A stretch of 64,000 nucleotides of DNA from Takakia lepidozioides (GCA_030704615.1 CM060733.1:24428001-24492000); one strand, 5' to 3'; shown: positions 36,247 to 50,589, counted from the first letter of the stretch. Program-made: numbers and translations. The notes: a model not told the origin generated them from the sequence alone.

Positions 36247-38582
36247 TCACATCTGCTGAACACAGAAGGCAAAAAGTGATCTACCCCTCTTTATACCAAA
36301 ATTTACTCCTGCTGACACTGGTTTTGGTGCTTTAACAAAATACCGATCAAGTGCTGTTGACACAGACCCTGGATTATCTGGTCCTGCACGAGCATACTGT
36401 GGACCGAAGCCTATACCAAGATAGACACAACCATTGGATATGGAAGGTCCTCCCGTGACAGACCCGTTTGTCTTGGAATAGCTCCACAAAATTCTCCCTG
36501 TTTCTGCATCGAGAGCATATATAGAACCAGTCGGTACGCCCTCTGATGTACCGAAGACAACTCCATTTGCAACAGCAACTGGCCCATTAGCAAGGGTTGT
36601 ATCAGGAGTAGCAGTGGACCACAAAACAGTACCATTTGTTGCATCAAGTGCCACCCATCCTCCTCCGGTTGTTACTTTGTTAGAAGGAACAAGAGTGAAG
36701 TTTTTCTGGTCGTAGTTGTTTATGTTTGTGTAAACCCGCTTCCCATCTGTAGCTGAGCCCCAGATTGGTCCACCAGACTGGCCCCCGGGTCCTGCAACCT
36801 GTTCATCTCAGGCAAGAGATATAAAACATATAAATGGGGTTAGTTTCAAGCACTCAGAAACATTGCTGACGTACGTGTATACTGAGAGATATGATGAGCT
36901 AGTTTGATATGGTGGTCTAACAATTTCAGTGGGTCCTGCAATTGAATGTTGAGAGAAGTGAGCATCCATGTACAGGTTAGGAATCGTACCGATTCCCATA
37001 CAATCTGACCATTGTCACGGTCAAGAGCGTAGAAAAATCCATTCTTCTGTCCAGTTACCACAATGTCACGCCAGTGAGGGTGGGCTGAGCTTGCATGTCC
37101 CCACTGTAGAATTGTCAGCATCATAGGGGCCTCACCGAAGTCTGCATCACGTCCTGAAATAGCTGGACAATTTGGGTTATGTGGAATGCTGCAAGCTTCA
37201 ACCCAAGTGTCATAGGCCCCAAGATGTTTACTCCAGACTATCGTCCCGTTGTCAAGGTCAATTGCAAGAATCGATTCCGAATGATCATCAGGCTTAAGAC
37301 AAGGATCTGGGTTGTCTGGCACGGTTTTATTGTTCTGCGCTTGCTGGCACGCCTCTATATCTGGAGGGACGGAGTAGGTATTCCCGGTTGCAATGAACAC
37401 CAGGTTTCTCCCAACATCTATGGACGGACTACTGCCCCATACCGCAGCTCCAGCATACAATCCTTTTATGCCGCCGTTGTTGGGTAACATCGGCGTCCGC
37501 CAGATGATGTTGCCTGTTTCGATATCCAACTTCACAAAACTTCCTTGGAATGTGCAGCAGATCTGCACATTCTCCTCGACTGATGACACGCCTACGTAGA
37601 ACGACCTGCATACGTAAACAAGTGATGTTGTCACCATGTAGATAGGAATTACTTATGCACGTCGCACAAGATTTCTAGATTGTTCAGCGACAAATCATCA
37701 TCTCCAAGCTGTATATGCTGATTGTGTGAAGTGATAAAGATAATTACCCTTTGAAAGCGGTGCCAGACATTGTCAGTACTGCGAGTGGATGTTTGTCCAC
37801 CAGAGTAGACCATAGTAGCTCTCCAGTGAATCGGTTAAGTGCAAGCACGAGTGCCGGACCAAACATCCCCACCAACACCACATTCCCTGCAACAACGCCT
37901 GATCTTGCCACTGTGGTCCGATTAATGCTCTTTGTACTCTCAGTGAGATTGGTCTTCCACAAAAGTTTTGCATTTTCTTCAACTACTGCATACATGAAAC
38001 CATTGAGACTGGGAGCGTATATTATCCCGTCTACAATGGATGGGACCGAACCTATGTCGTCTCCAGCCACAAACTCCCATTTCACTGTAAGACTTGGTGC
38101 CGTATCTGGACTAATCCTTGTCTCAAATGTGGCCTCCCTGCGGTTCTGTATTCCCCCACCGTGATTCGGCCAGCTCTGCTTGCAAAGAAACATCAATACG
38201 TCAGTACATGATTTCTGTCAACATTCAAATCAGGTGCACTTCTAAGGAGATTAACCAAAGCCATTTGGAAAGTCTTCTAGGGACTTTAACCGACAAACTC
38301 CGTGCAAAAGTTTCAGGGATTTAGCAAGAAATCCAATTATGTGCCCTTACAGATGTTGATTGCACATGATACCTATTTACTGGTCTACAAGGTGTTCATG
38401 ACCCGTCGACTGTGCCAGTTTAGCTCTAGAAAGCGTCAGCTGAATACCCAAAAATTTGTGTCCCAGAGTGGTTTCGGATCTCCATGTACTGGGAAATTAA
38501 ATTTGAACGCGGAGGTGTTGTAGGGGTCGGAGCAGATCAGCACAGCACAGATGCAAGCAACGGTAATTGCCTTCATCCTCAT
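36247..38582 (-). CDS. Putatively secreted PQQ-dependent dehydrogenase-like beta-propeller (polyvinyl-alcohol-dehydrogenase-like), 4 exons, 576 aa
   Basis: Exons 38582-38448, 38175-37748, 37605-36990 and 36798-36247 have GT-AG introns and compatible phases. Hydrophobic N-terminus, repeated ALDxxxGxxxW blades, and CCTF. Confidence 0.88.
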
Positions 38583-41011
38583 GAGCAGCCTAATGAGCTG
38601 CGTGCTTTGTGTTTCTCACTGAAAATATGGCTGACGGAGGGACAGGAATTATAACATGGATCCTGTGAGAGTAGAATAATCAGAGGAGATATTTGAAGAT
38701 GAGTGTACATACAAGGCGGTTGATGATCTGTTTCTTTAAGTACTCCACACCTGTCCCAAAGAATTTAGTACTTTTATCTATGATTTAAACTGTATATGAC
38801 ACTTGGAATGAGCAGATCGAGCTGCCATGTATCTTAATGGTCCCACGCAACCCACATCTGGGTTACATGATCGCTATACCGACAGTAGCTTGAAGGTAAC
38901 CGCACAATACACCAGTTGGTGTATTCTCACAATTTGAGCAAAGGTTCCTGCAACTGGAATCAATTTTGTGCCTTGACCTAGATTCCATTCCATATTATGT
39001 AGCCATGGGCCTATAGGTATATTAGCCGGTATTTATTCTCGCTAGATGCGTAGTCTCCACCGGGGTGTCGCCAAGATGCGGTCTGGCTACTACACACGGG
39101 CTCTTCCACCCCAAGGGAGCACCTTCGGCCTTCATTTGCACTACACCCACACCATGATGAAAGCTGGGAATCAGTTGAGTATCGTGACACTGTAAGAGTG
39201 GACGAACGTCAATCCTGCATGGCATGATCTGACTCCGTGCTAGGGTGTGGTAGCTTAGATGTTTAATAAGATCCTTCAATTGCTTTTTAGCCATTTCTAT
39301 TTGAAGGTGGTTTAGGTTCCAAATTTACTGTTTTTAATGGGGGCCTATAAGGGGCCCACCGCCTCATCCCCACCTCCTCATGTTGCTTCTGAAAAGCTCT
39401 ACAAGTAGAAGGATGGCCCACCTCCTACTTCTATGCTTAGCCTCTCCACGTGGCCTCACATTTCACCAATTCCAAGAGAGGTACCCTCCCTATTAGCTGC
39501 TCTAATCCTCTCCTGTTTTCGACCTTGAGGAATACTTAGGACCCTTATCCCTTATTGGGCCCATTCCAACGCTGAAGTATGGCATAGTTGACTTATGTAG
39601 CCACTACATCTCCCAAAGAGGAATTGGTTGCCTTAAACCTTAAGCGCCCAATGGGTTACTTTGACTTTTGAGAAAATGTGAATCCCACAGGTTAAGACAA
39701 TCTTGTAAATATTGAAAAAAATGGAAAGTTTGGCCATCAACAGGAAACGCGACCGTTGCAAGTAGGCCCCAAATTTTGAACTATTGAAGAAAAAAATTAT
39801 GAAGCGAAAAAATTACAATTTGCATGACGGGATGAACTGCGATGGGCATGGGAATTAGAGGATTCCATCCCCACGGGATCCTACTACATCCAAGCCAAAA
39901 ACCATCAAAATTGGCCAACAAATGGCTGTGTCAACTTGATCAACGCATGGAGGGTCAAATTTTGTGTTGTTGGGTTTCACCATGCTGGTGGGTTTATCTG
40001 TGTTTTTGTAGCTTGCTTGCATTTCCAGATCTCTTCAATGTTCCATTCACACCTCACACAAGCCTACTCATTTGTACACCCAGCCCACAATGAAGCATTC
40101 CCATCTACACCATCTCTATGGTGACCTTATGTGAGTGGGGGGGTTGAACCCAAGAACCTACCCCCATTTGGCAGTCCACACATGAATAGTACAAAGGGGG
40201 GGAAGCTGAAAACCTTTGTATTGTACACCCCCGCTTGAGGAGGGGACTATGACCTAAGCTAACATGTCACCACACTGACTCCCTAGAGCCTTTACTGCTA
40301 AACAGACCTCTTAAACGAGGACCAGCTGCTTAAGCTGATCCACCAACTACATAATTACATACGAAAATCCTACACAACACATGAAATCCCAATATACAAA
40401 ATTAACGAAGCATCCAACCAACACTTGGCAACAAAAATCGCATACGTCATGGCACATCGTTAGCCAACAAACAAACAATTCAAAGACTCTCTAACCAAGC
40501 ACCTCTCTATCCGCTTACGTCTCTAGTACAATCTTTCAAACATAAACCAAGCATGAACCCATTCACAGCAAGGCACGTTAGTGTGTTCAAACATACACAT
40601 AGTGCTACCACATACAAGGGCAAGTGTCCAGAGAATACCCCCTCCTTGAGATTGTTGAGTTTGTTGAGTTTGCACGTTGCTTGTAGTGGCGGTAGAACTA
40701 GAAGAAGCCATGCTACGAAGATACGAAATGAATCTTGCTCTATACTATGCCTAGCAGCTAGTAGACACAATGCACGCTTTAGATGAACAAAGAAAATATG
40801 AGAGATTGAAAAATTACAAAGGGCTTGATCTTCCCAGCACTCATAGTACGTAGACCTGCCGTCTCTCTATTCTGCTATTCTCTGCACTGCTTCAGTTGAC
40901 TTGTGAAACAGCTCGGCTCGTTATATTGCTAACTTCCACCGCCGATGATCATTTATGGCACTGTCCTACGTATTCTATATTTATAGATGTAGGCGGCTCT
41001 ACTGACTGAGC

Positions 41012-41790
41012 ACTTTCCATATAGATTTCCTCCTCCAAGTCTCCATGGAGGAAAGTTGTTTTGACATCCATTTGGTGAATCTCATAGTCCTTTATGGCGG
41101 CTATGGCCAATAAACATCTGATCGACGAATATTTAGAGACAGGAGCAACTGGGAACAACCTTTAGCCACTAATCGGGCCTTGAATTTTTCAATGCTTCCA
41201 TCCACTTTGTATTTAGTCTTGAAGACCCATTTGCAATCAATGGTCTTTTTACCAGATGGCAAATTTGTGATGAACCATGTCTTGTTTTTGAACAACGACT
41301 CAAACTCAGCATCCATAGCTGCTTTCCATTCATCTTTGTGCAGGCTTGAAAGAACTTCTCCCACTGAAGTTGGTTCTTCTTCGGCAACCAGACAACTGTA
41401 AATTGTTTCTACTTTTGCTATATTTGCTTCGAACCTTTTGGGAGCTCTCCTGACTCTCTGAGACCTTTTGAGAAAATTCTCTTTAGTTATGTGAGGAGAC
41501 ATTCCATCGTCTTCATCTAAGATTTGTTTGTTTTCGTATGCTTGATAAGAGACTTGTCTCGATGATGGAGACACGGGCTTTTCAAGTGGCTCGACAAGTG
41601 GCTCCATGTGTTCTTCATGACTCCTGTAAACTGGACCTTGCTGATCAGAAATAAGGCTTTTTTTAACAACCTCATCTATAGAGTTAAAATTGTCGTCGTG
41701 AAAAATGACGTCTCTAGACATGATTAGCTTCATGGTCCTCAAATTATAGAGTCTATAATTTGTGGTGAAATCCAAGCACTACTACGTTTA
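41012..41790 (-). mobile_element. Ty1/Copia retrotransposon pol fragment (post-integrase linker plus RT N-terminus)
   Basis: [63 protein letters not shown]. Internal deletion/frameshift; no LTRs seen. Confidence 0.9.
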
Positions 41791-42540
41791 GGGGGGTTTA
41801 CTGACGCTTATCCCCCCATGGCGCCTCTCCCGTGCGACGCCCCCACCACGTGCCCATCTTGCGACGCCTTGGGCGTCATAGACATAATGCCAAAGTCCAC
41901 AAAAACGTGGATTGTGGCCAAGTCCTTTGGAAACACATCAATGGCAGAAACTCAACTCGGCTTAGCTTCGGCAAGTAGGGATCTCCAACGCCAACTGCTG
42001 TTCCATTCTCCCTTTTCTCTGTCTCCAAGTTCGCATCACTTTAGTGTTCTCTTTATTTTTTTTCTTTCTTAGGCTCCAATCCCTGCTTGAAGTGGATTGC
42101 TCAAAACCATTCTTATCGCTGCTTTTTTCTCTCATGTCGATCCTGGCTTCCATGTTCTAAATGCACATTCACTTATAGGATGCTCCTCTCATTGATCGCA
42201 ATGGTAGGAATCTGTCAGGGCTAGTCAGCATACCCTTGCCCTCATTCTGGAGCTCGCATCTTGTGAGCTTTCGAGTTCGTTCATGGCCCTCTCCTAGCTG
42301 TTGTTCTTAGTCGTAGCATTCCTCCTCATCCTCTTGGATGGTTTTCTCTCCGTTAAAAGTACTATGGGTTTGTCCCTCACCGTCAGGTGTATTTGCCTTA
42401 TGGCCCCACAAGGGGTTTTTTTTTTCCCCTCTCATAATAAAATATCAGGATTTATTCCACCAAAAAAAAAAAAAAAAAAAGGTGACTTTCTTTTATTGGC
42501 GAGAGTTTATGGGGATTTTGGATGATATATTGGAAAGTTG

Positions 42541-42865
42541 CAATGTTGGGCGGTTATTTAAATTTCCTATTATATATATATATGATTGGCGGAAGTGAAA
42601 AAATGAAGTAACCGGTCCAGTTAGGAACCGGCGGAGGTCACGCATTCAAATAACCGAGCAAAGAACCTTTTAAAGAACCGGCCAATACTCGCAGTTATTT
42701 GATGAAAACCGTCGTTTATTTGAGGTTTTTGCAAGTAACCGTAATTGCAGGTTATATCTAGCCATGAAAAATTTAGCAACCGCAACCGCGGGTTAATAGT
42801 TTCCAAAATTTTGAAGCAACTGGAACCCACGGTTATGAAAAAAATCAAATAACCGCCCAACACTG
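42541..42865. mobile_element. hAT-type MITE
   Basis: TIRs CAATGTTGGGCGGTTATTT / AAATAACCGCCCAACACTG. 8-bp TSD with one mismatch: GAAAGTTG (42533-42540) and GAAAGATG (42866-42873). Confidence 0.85.
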
Positions 42866-44267
42866 GAAAGATGCCACCAAGTCATATACATTCATCCAGT
42901 TTGCGTGAACTCTTGGTGGCTATTCATCTACTGCTGGGGGAGTTACTCTTGCACTCTCCTACTCACAGAGCCGTTTAACAACGGGCCAAATTTGTATGGG
43001 ATTCGAATGGGATGGTAGCATGTTTGCTCAGAAACGCGTACAGTTGGTAGAGTAGAATGAGAGGGTCTATAAAGCAGCTTATACTATGCTTAGAGAGTGT
43101 TAGTGATTTCGTATTCAAGAACTGGCAGCGCATGGATAGATAGTGTTCGACATACTGGCTCAGAGTATTCAGGTCCAAACTTCACTCGTGAGACGTAGTT
43201 CAGTACATTGCTATTTTCTAGAGAGGATAGGACTCAGGAGATAAAGCAACCGACGCCTGAGTGAGGCCTAAGCAAACCAAAGTATTATCGGGAGATAGAA
43301 TTTGTCAAACCCATAAGAAACATCGAAGTCCTAGCTACTACATCATTATCAAAGCATAGATCTATAGAGCACTGTGTATATGTACATTGGCCCGAGGTGC
43401 GACCCATAGAAGATTTTCCCCTGCTTGAAATGGTGACCGTGAGATCATTCCATAGACATCCTTTGGAGTTGTTGGGTTTTTAGGACTTCAAGAACCTCCT
43501 GGAGCACCTCTGGAGCACCAGTGGGGTTTGATCAGTTTAGAGGAGTCCTATGGTAGAGATTATCATTTGGAAGCTTCATTTCCTTGCCGAACATATGCTC
43601 ACGACGCAGAGCTGGCCTGTGCGAAACAATCGTGGTGGAGATGCATGAATCTTCCTTGCTTCTTTACGGGTGTGATCTAGCTTAAAACAGAGGTGCCTAA
43701 GGAACCACACTTCACGTGACCAGGGTTACCTGGCCAGAAATTTTCATTGAATCTGAGCCTCCTCTGTATTTTTGTAGAGCTTTGTCACCTTTTGTCAATC
43801 TGCAGTTGGGTGGTGACTAATCTGTCGTCTTTGAAACCACATCTCTTGGAACATATAATCCGTTGTCTGAAATGGAAAAAGGGACTATGAATCGGCAGCC
43901 TCAGAAAAAATTGCCGACAAAACTTGTACCCTTTCATCTGCCGCCAGACTAAAACGTTGAGGTCCCTGGAATAGTCCCGCTTAAATTAGAAAAAGTTTCT
44001 CTTATTAGACTGCTTTTACTAGACTTTGTAGAGACTCCTTAATGAGCTCGGAGAGGCAAACAATCTTTGTGTTATCCCTGCATCTTCAGAAGGTGAGTTT
44101 TTGCAATCAGAGCTGGCCGTTTCTAGATAGAGCTCTCATTGTTATCAATTGGAAATTCTCTAAATCAGATTTAGTTCCTGAGGACGTGCGCGGTCTTGAG
44201 GGGCTACTGTTTTGCACCCTGCCTGATCATCTGCCGAGAGCGAGATCCCTAAAATTGTGAGGGAGAT

Positions 44268-47200
44268 ATGATGGTCATGCAACAGGGAAAGGCTGAGGAA
44301 GAGGTAGTAATTGATGGATTGAAGAAGTTAGAGTACCTGTCTTTAGTGTCCAAAGTGTGCAGAGACTTAGACGCACATATAGGATGCTCGGACAAAGTCC
44401 TTGCTGAGTTCATTATTGATCTGGCCAATAAGAGTGATTCTGTGGATTCCTTTCGAAATTCGTTAAAGAATAATGGAGCTGAGATGCCGGAGTACTTCGT
44501 CCAAATTTTGCTTAGGATTATCCATGCAATTCTACCGCCAAAGAGTAAGGGGGAGAGAGAGAAGCTGAAGGGTAAAAGGGGGGAGGAGGAAGAGAAGAAA
44601 TCCGCGTTTCCAAGGCTTTCGGTGCCTGATAACAAGCAAAGAGCGAAGGATTTAGAGCAGGAGCTGCAAGGGGACGGCGATGTGGGTAGGGCTAGGGTGT
44701 CTGGCAGGGATGGTCGCCGGGATCCAGATCGAGAGAACGGCAGAGGTGGCCCGTTGGCTGAGGAGCCTCAACTTTGTAGGATATACAGAGGTCGGGTTTC
44801 CCGCATCGTGAACTCTGGTTGCTTTGTGCAACTGATTGGCGTGAAAGATCGCAAAGAGGTGCTTGTCCATGTGTCCCAGACTTCTGTCAGGAGGTTCGCG
44901 AATGCGAAAGAAGCAGTGGAGAGAGATCAGGAGTGTTGGGTGAAGGTCATCTCTCTCGCTGGCCAGAAAATGAGTCTGTCGATGCGCGATGTCGATCAAA
45001 AGACCGGGCAAGATATTCTACCTAGCAAGAGGAACGCCAGAGAGGAGGAGAACTTCTATGCAAACCCTTCCAGCTCTAGCCCGGCTCCCTTGACAAGGAA
45101 GGGACTGTCGGGCATTACCGGCCTAGTAGAAGAAGACGAGAAGACCCATGAAGCGGATGAGTTCTCTTGAGCGATGGGAGGCCAAGCAGTTGATTGCATC
45201 GGGGGTCTCAGGTGTGCGCGACTATCACATGTATGATGAAGATGGCGGGGGCACGCGGTATCAGGAAGAGGGTGCTGAGGAAGAGCTTGAGATTGAAGTG
45301 AACGAGGATGAACCTGCATTTCTCAGGGGCCAGACACGTTACTCTAGTGATTTGTCTCCTGTAAGGATTGTGAAGAATCCGGATGGCTCCTTACAGAGAG
45401 CAGCAATGACACAATCAGCTCTTGCAAAAGAGAGGGAAGAATTGCGCCGGCAGCAGGAGCGGACCATGCTGGATTCAATCCCCAAGGATTTGAACAAGTC
45501 ATGGGTGGACCCCATGCCTCAGATTGGAGACAGGCACCTTGCTCAGGAGCTTCGGGGAGCGGGCCTGCCAGCCCCTGAGATGGCACAGTGGAAAAAGGAT
45601 GCTTTTGGCAAGGCCCCAACATTGGGACAGCGTTCCAAGCTCTCGATCCAGGAGCAGCGGCGGGGCTTGCCTATCTATAAGCTGAAGAACGAACTCGTCA
45701 AGGCTGTGAATGACAACCAAGTGTTGGTCGTGATTGGAGAGACGGGTTCTGGAAAGACCACTCAAATGACTCAGTATTTGGCAGAGGCCGGATATACAAC
45801 GCAGGGTAAGATAGGATGTACACAGCCTCGGCGAGTCGCGGCAATGTCTGTGGCCAAGAGAGTTGCTGAAGAGTTTGGTTGTCGACTTGGGGAGGAGGTG
45901 GGGTTCGCCATCAGGTTTCAGGATTGCACAGGGCCAGAGACGGTCATCAAGTACATGACCGATGGCACGTTGTTGCGAGAGATTTTAGTCGATGAGCAGC
46001 TTGTTTCTTATTCAGTGATTATGCTTGATGAGGCCCATGAGCGTACCATCAGTACAGATGTTTTGTTCGGGCTCTTGAAAGGATTGCTAAAGCGCCGGCC
46101 TGACTTGAGGCTGATTGTCACTTCAGCAACTCTGGATGCCGACAAATTTTCAAGGTATTTTCTTGATTGCCCTATTTTTACGATACCTGGACGAACTTAC
46201 CCCGTCGAGAAATTCTTCACGAAACAGCCTGAGACAGACTATCTGGATGCAGCTCTTTTTACAGTGCTGCAGATTCATGTACAGGAGCCTAAGGGGGACA
46301 TTCTCCTTTTCCTGACAGGGCAAGAAGAGATAGATACTGCTTGTCAGATTTTGTACGAGAGAGACAATGAAGACAATGGAGAGGTTGGGTCCTAATGTGC
46401 CTGAACTCATCATCCTGCCCGTCTACAGTGCTCTTCCAAGCGAAATGCACTCTCGGATTTTTGAACCTGCCCCTCCTGGAACGAGAAAGGTGGTGGTCGC
46501 CACCAATATTGCAGAGGCTTCTCTTACTATCGATGGGATTCAATACGTGGTCGATCCAGGGTTTGCGAAGCAGAAAATGTATAACCCAAAGCTGGGCCTG
46601 GACTCCTTGATCATCACTCCAATCTCCCAAGCTTCAGCACTACAAAGGGCGGGAAGGGCAGGTCGAACAGGGCCTGGCAAATGCTACCTACTTTATACAG
46701 AAAGTGCATACGAAAATGAGATGCTGCCGACACCAGAAATTCAAAGAACGAACTTGGGTTTAACCACGTTGACGATGAAAGCTATGGGGATCCACGACCC
46801 TCTCTCATTTGATTTCATGGACCCCCCTCCACCACAGGCACTTATCTCAGCGATGGAACAGCTTTATAGTCTTGAAGCACTAGATGACGAAGGCTTTCTC
46901 ACAAAGTTGGGAAGAAAGATGGCAGAGTTTCCATTGGAGCCCCCCCCTCTCCAAGATGTTGCTGGCCAGTGTGGACTTGGGTTGCAGCGATGAGATTCTC
47001 ACAATTGTTTCTATGTTGCAAGCCCAGAACATCTTCTATCGCCCCCATGAGAAACAAGCTCAGGCTGACCAGAAGAAAGCTAGATTTTTCCAGCCGGAAG
47101 GGGATCATTTGACACTGTTGGCGGTGTATGAGGCTTGGAAAGCCAACAACTTCTCAGCTACGTGGTGTTTTAAGAATTTTGTGCAGTCACAGTCGTTGAA

Positions 47201-47633
47201 GAAGGCTCAGGATGTGCGTAAGCAGCTGGTCACTATTATGGACAGGCTGGACGTGGTGAGAGCAGGCAAGAACTTTACTCGAATTAGGAAGGCCATAGCT
47301 GCAGGCTTCTTCTTCCATGCAGCCCGGAAAGATCCAGCAGGCGGCTATCGTACTCTGGTGGACAATCAACCAATACATATTCACCCGAGCAGCGCTCTTT
47401 TCCACCAGCAGCCTGACTGGGTCATCTACAACGAATTGGTTATGACGAGTAAGGAGTATATGCGTGAGCTCACTTCAATGGACCCCAAGTGGCTGGTTGA
47501 GTTGGCACCTCGGTTCTTCAAGGTGGCAGACCCCACAAAACTGAGCAAGAGGAAACGGCAGGAGCGCATTGAACCTTTGTGGGATCGATACAACGAGCCC
47601 AACACTTGGCGTCTTAGCAGGCGGCGTGGCTAA
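44268..47633 (+). pseudogene. PRP22: PRP22/DHX8-type DEAH-box splicing helicase (S1 + helicase + HA2/OB), intronless, 3 frameshifts
   Basis: [42 protein letters not shown]-terminal WRLSRRRG*. Frame changes near 45145, 46360 and 46945. Confidence 0.9.
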
Positions 47634-48441
47634 CATCTTTTTGCACATGCCAGTTCATGTGAGGTTGGGGGTACTTACACTATTCAAGTCAAGGAACGCG
47701 ACTATGAGGTCAGACATCCTCCTAACTCTTTCATCCCCTTGGCTGTGGAGGAATTCGGCTACCTCCATCGCCAGTTTGACCGACCTACTCCGTTCATGAG
47801 CCCATTAAGCGGCTCAAAACAAGACCACTGGCATTCCATATGCCTCTGTTCTTGTGGCTTTTTACAGACAAAAAATTGCCATTGCATTACAGAGAGCTCA
47901 TGCAATGCCCTTAAAATTACATTTTCCATCAACCCTGAACAGTGACTTCCTTTGCTCACTGCAGGCAAGACGCATGTGATCCTAAATCTTGCCAAAATAA
48001 ATGGTGTCTTGTCTGACTCTTTTTTATAATTAGATGGTAGGGAAGAGGTTCCTGATTAGATTAACATTTGACTAAAATCAGTTGAAAAGTAGGTGTCTAA
48101 AACTTTTCTGTGATGATTGAGGGGCCTTGTAGAAAGTCCTCGAATGTGTTCCTGGTCCGTGAGTGAAAAGATAATCTGCCGGAAAGTTGTGTAACTGCTG
48201 GTTCACAGACAGAATGAGAGAAATAAGAAAGCTAGAGGGAACAAAAAACATTATAAAAAAAAATCCCGATTACTGGTTTTCACCTTGACAACTTCTATTC
48301 ATTCTAGCATGTATAGGAATCCAATTATAAGCTAAATACAAGAATGCATCAGATAACTAAAACTGCATGATAATGAGAGTAAAGGAGGCCAAAGAGACCC
48401 ACGAAAGAAAAAGGCTCCCTAGGTCGAAGATGAGTATACAG

Positions 48442-50522
48442 TCAGGGCTTGAAGGTAGGGGCCTGGCTCCCCCATGTTGACTCATACAAAAGGCGGGGCA
48501 CAAACTCTCTGTAGGAGTCGTCTTTCCTCTTCTCCTACACACAATTATTCATGAATTGTGTACAAAACTTGTCAGAACATAGATAAGCTCCAGAAGAAAA
48601 ACAAGAGTTTTGTCTCCCCAAGATCAGGCATCAACGCTTCCAAAGATGTCAGACACTCGGATCATACTTTGCCTTTATGCGGATGTGCCCACAGGTACCA
48701 AGAAATAACTGCTTCCAGCTAGGTAAGGAACTTCGCAGCATTTCCGGTAGCAACAACTACCACTTGCAAACTGTATCTGGCAGTTTCACATACAGGAAGT
48801 CAGGGTTCACCATTGATCTCCAGATACGTTGTCCTGAGGCCATGGAAGACATCACTGTGGGGTAAAGAAGACTCTGATAGCACATAACCCAACTCTAACA
48901 GGAAATGCCTACTGGTAAATAGCACATCCTCAGATAAAACCCATCGATACCCAAGAGTCACAAGGTAGAACCTGTAAATATAATAAACCACTTTCCACCT
49001 CACTTTTCCTCCTCTTGGAGCTCCTCTCTCCTCCCTAAGAAACATGACAATAATTGTTACACAAAACAATGACAAACTTAATGCCTCTGCAAGGGATATG
49101 AGAAAGGAGGTGAGAAAGAGACACACCTTCCTAACGAATGGGTTTTCCAGAGGTAATTGGTAAATGGAGCTGGTCTGAAATCTCTCCAGTGAAATTAGTC
49201 CTGCAATATTTCCCCAGACTAGAAGATAATTAGATCCATGTGGAGTTCTCAACAACTGATTTGGATGTTGGATTTATGAACTTGTCCTACAGGTGGAAAA
49301 GCATTTCCATGTCATCCACCCCATGCAGCTCTACCCATTCCTTTTTCTCATGCATGACATGAATATACATTTTCAAGTACACATTTGTTGCACTTCAGAT
49401 CAAGACACGTAGCTATGTTCACAATATGTTGAAATGAACAAAAAACATTGACTTTTACCTGTCGAGCTCAAATGCAAGAAAGAGAGAGAATATACCGTAG
49501 TTGAGTTGCTTCCGCTGGTACTAGTCGATCTTTCAGAAATGGAATGCTCCTCATGTCATCTAAGTCCACTAGTATCTACCCAACAGTCATGTCACAAAGA
49601 CAACGTTTAACAACAACAGAAGATGGGCTTTGGCAATATACCTGATTTTTGTCACATGGAAACAACGAACAAACTAGGTAATATGTTAACTACCAGAACG
49701 GTCCACCAGAATTGTAGTGTGAATTACTTGATGCAGCCCTTGGACATATTTGGGAACGACATAACAAAAATCTGTCAAGTCAAATCACAAGGAGACTCAC
49801 TTAGAGACAAAATGGAAGATAATAATGTCCAGGGAAGCCCAAGCGAATACATGATGAAATGATGGTGCTTTATAACGTCCGCGGAAAGCTCATAGAGCTT
49901 ATGGGACAAAATGGAAGAGAACATGAGAGAGGAAACAAAATGAAACTTTGGAAAACCGGGACTACACGACTACACCCATGTATGAAGACAAAAAGAAAAA
50001 ACGGGAGTATCGCTATGTCATACGTTCCAACCTTGTCACAACTTCTAGAGAGGAGTACTGGCCTGCATGTAGAAAAGAGGGGATGCTAGAGGCACCAAGG
50101 AGAGAGACCGGTAGAGTTGGCAAGAGGGAGAGAAGAGACGAGCAAAGTTGTTCTGCTCTCTCCAGAGGGGAAGCTCCTCTCAACTTTTGCATCCGCCATA
50201 CGCAAAGGATCCCTTGCATACACAAATCAAACCAGTCTATTTCTTATCAGACCAAGGGCAATTCTTGAAGTCAGTCACACATATTGCTTTACAGATTAAC
50301 ATGCAAAATTCTACATTTGGGTTTAAGCATCTGCAAGTGAAAATACATCCCAGCATGATCTCAGATGTCACAAACCATAAGCAAAATATGCTTAGTGAGG
50401 GGAGGGTCAGAAATCACCCATTATAAAGCTGAGAAGATACGGAACAGAGGAGTAAATAGCTGATAGCAATGTGTACATCAAAGGAAACAAGGGCTGGAGT
50501 TGTGATCTATCGAATGATATAG
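48442..50522 (-). pseudogene. Partial tandem duplicate of the PES-like gene (two middle exons joined to the last four exons)
   Basis: About 47920-49800 matches about 54020-55930, and about 50065-50585 matches about 62870-63380. It has exon deletions and an AG-to-AA acceptor change at 50523. Confidence 0.85.
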
Positions 50523-50589
50523 TTGATTCTCATCCACAACATCAAAGGTATCAGTCCAGTGTGCAAAACCTCACCTTTCTTTCTTTCTT

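Noticed and set aside
36247-38582. Bacterial contamination or recent horizontal transfer
   Set aside because: The gene has three canonical phase-compatible spliceosomal introns and plant neighbours.
40130-40270. tRNA or tRNA-derived SINE (GGTTCAACCCC B-box-like, - strand)
   Set aside because: No cloverleaf, A-box or TSD could be established.
44268-47633. Retrogene origin because the gene is intronless
   Set aside because: No poly(A) tract or TSD was seen, and plant PRP22 orthologues are, to my knowledge, intron-poor anyway.
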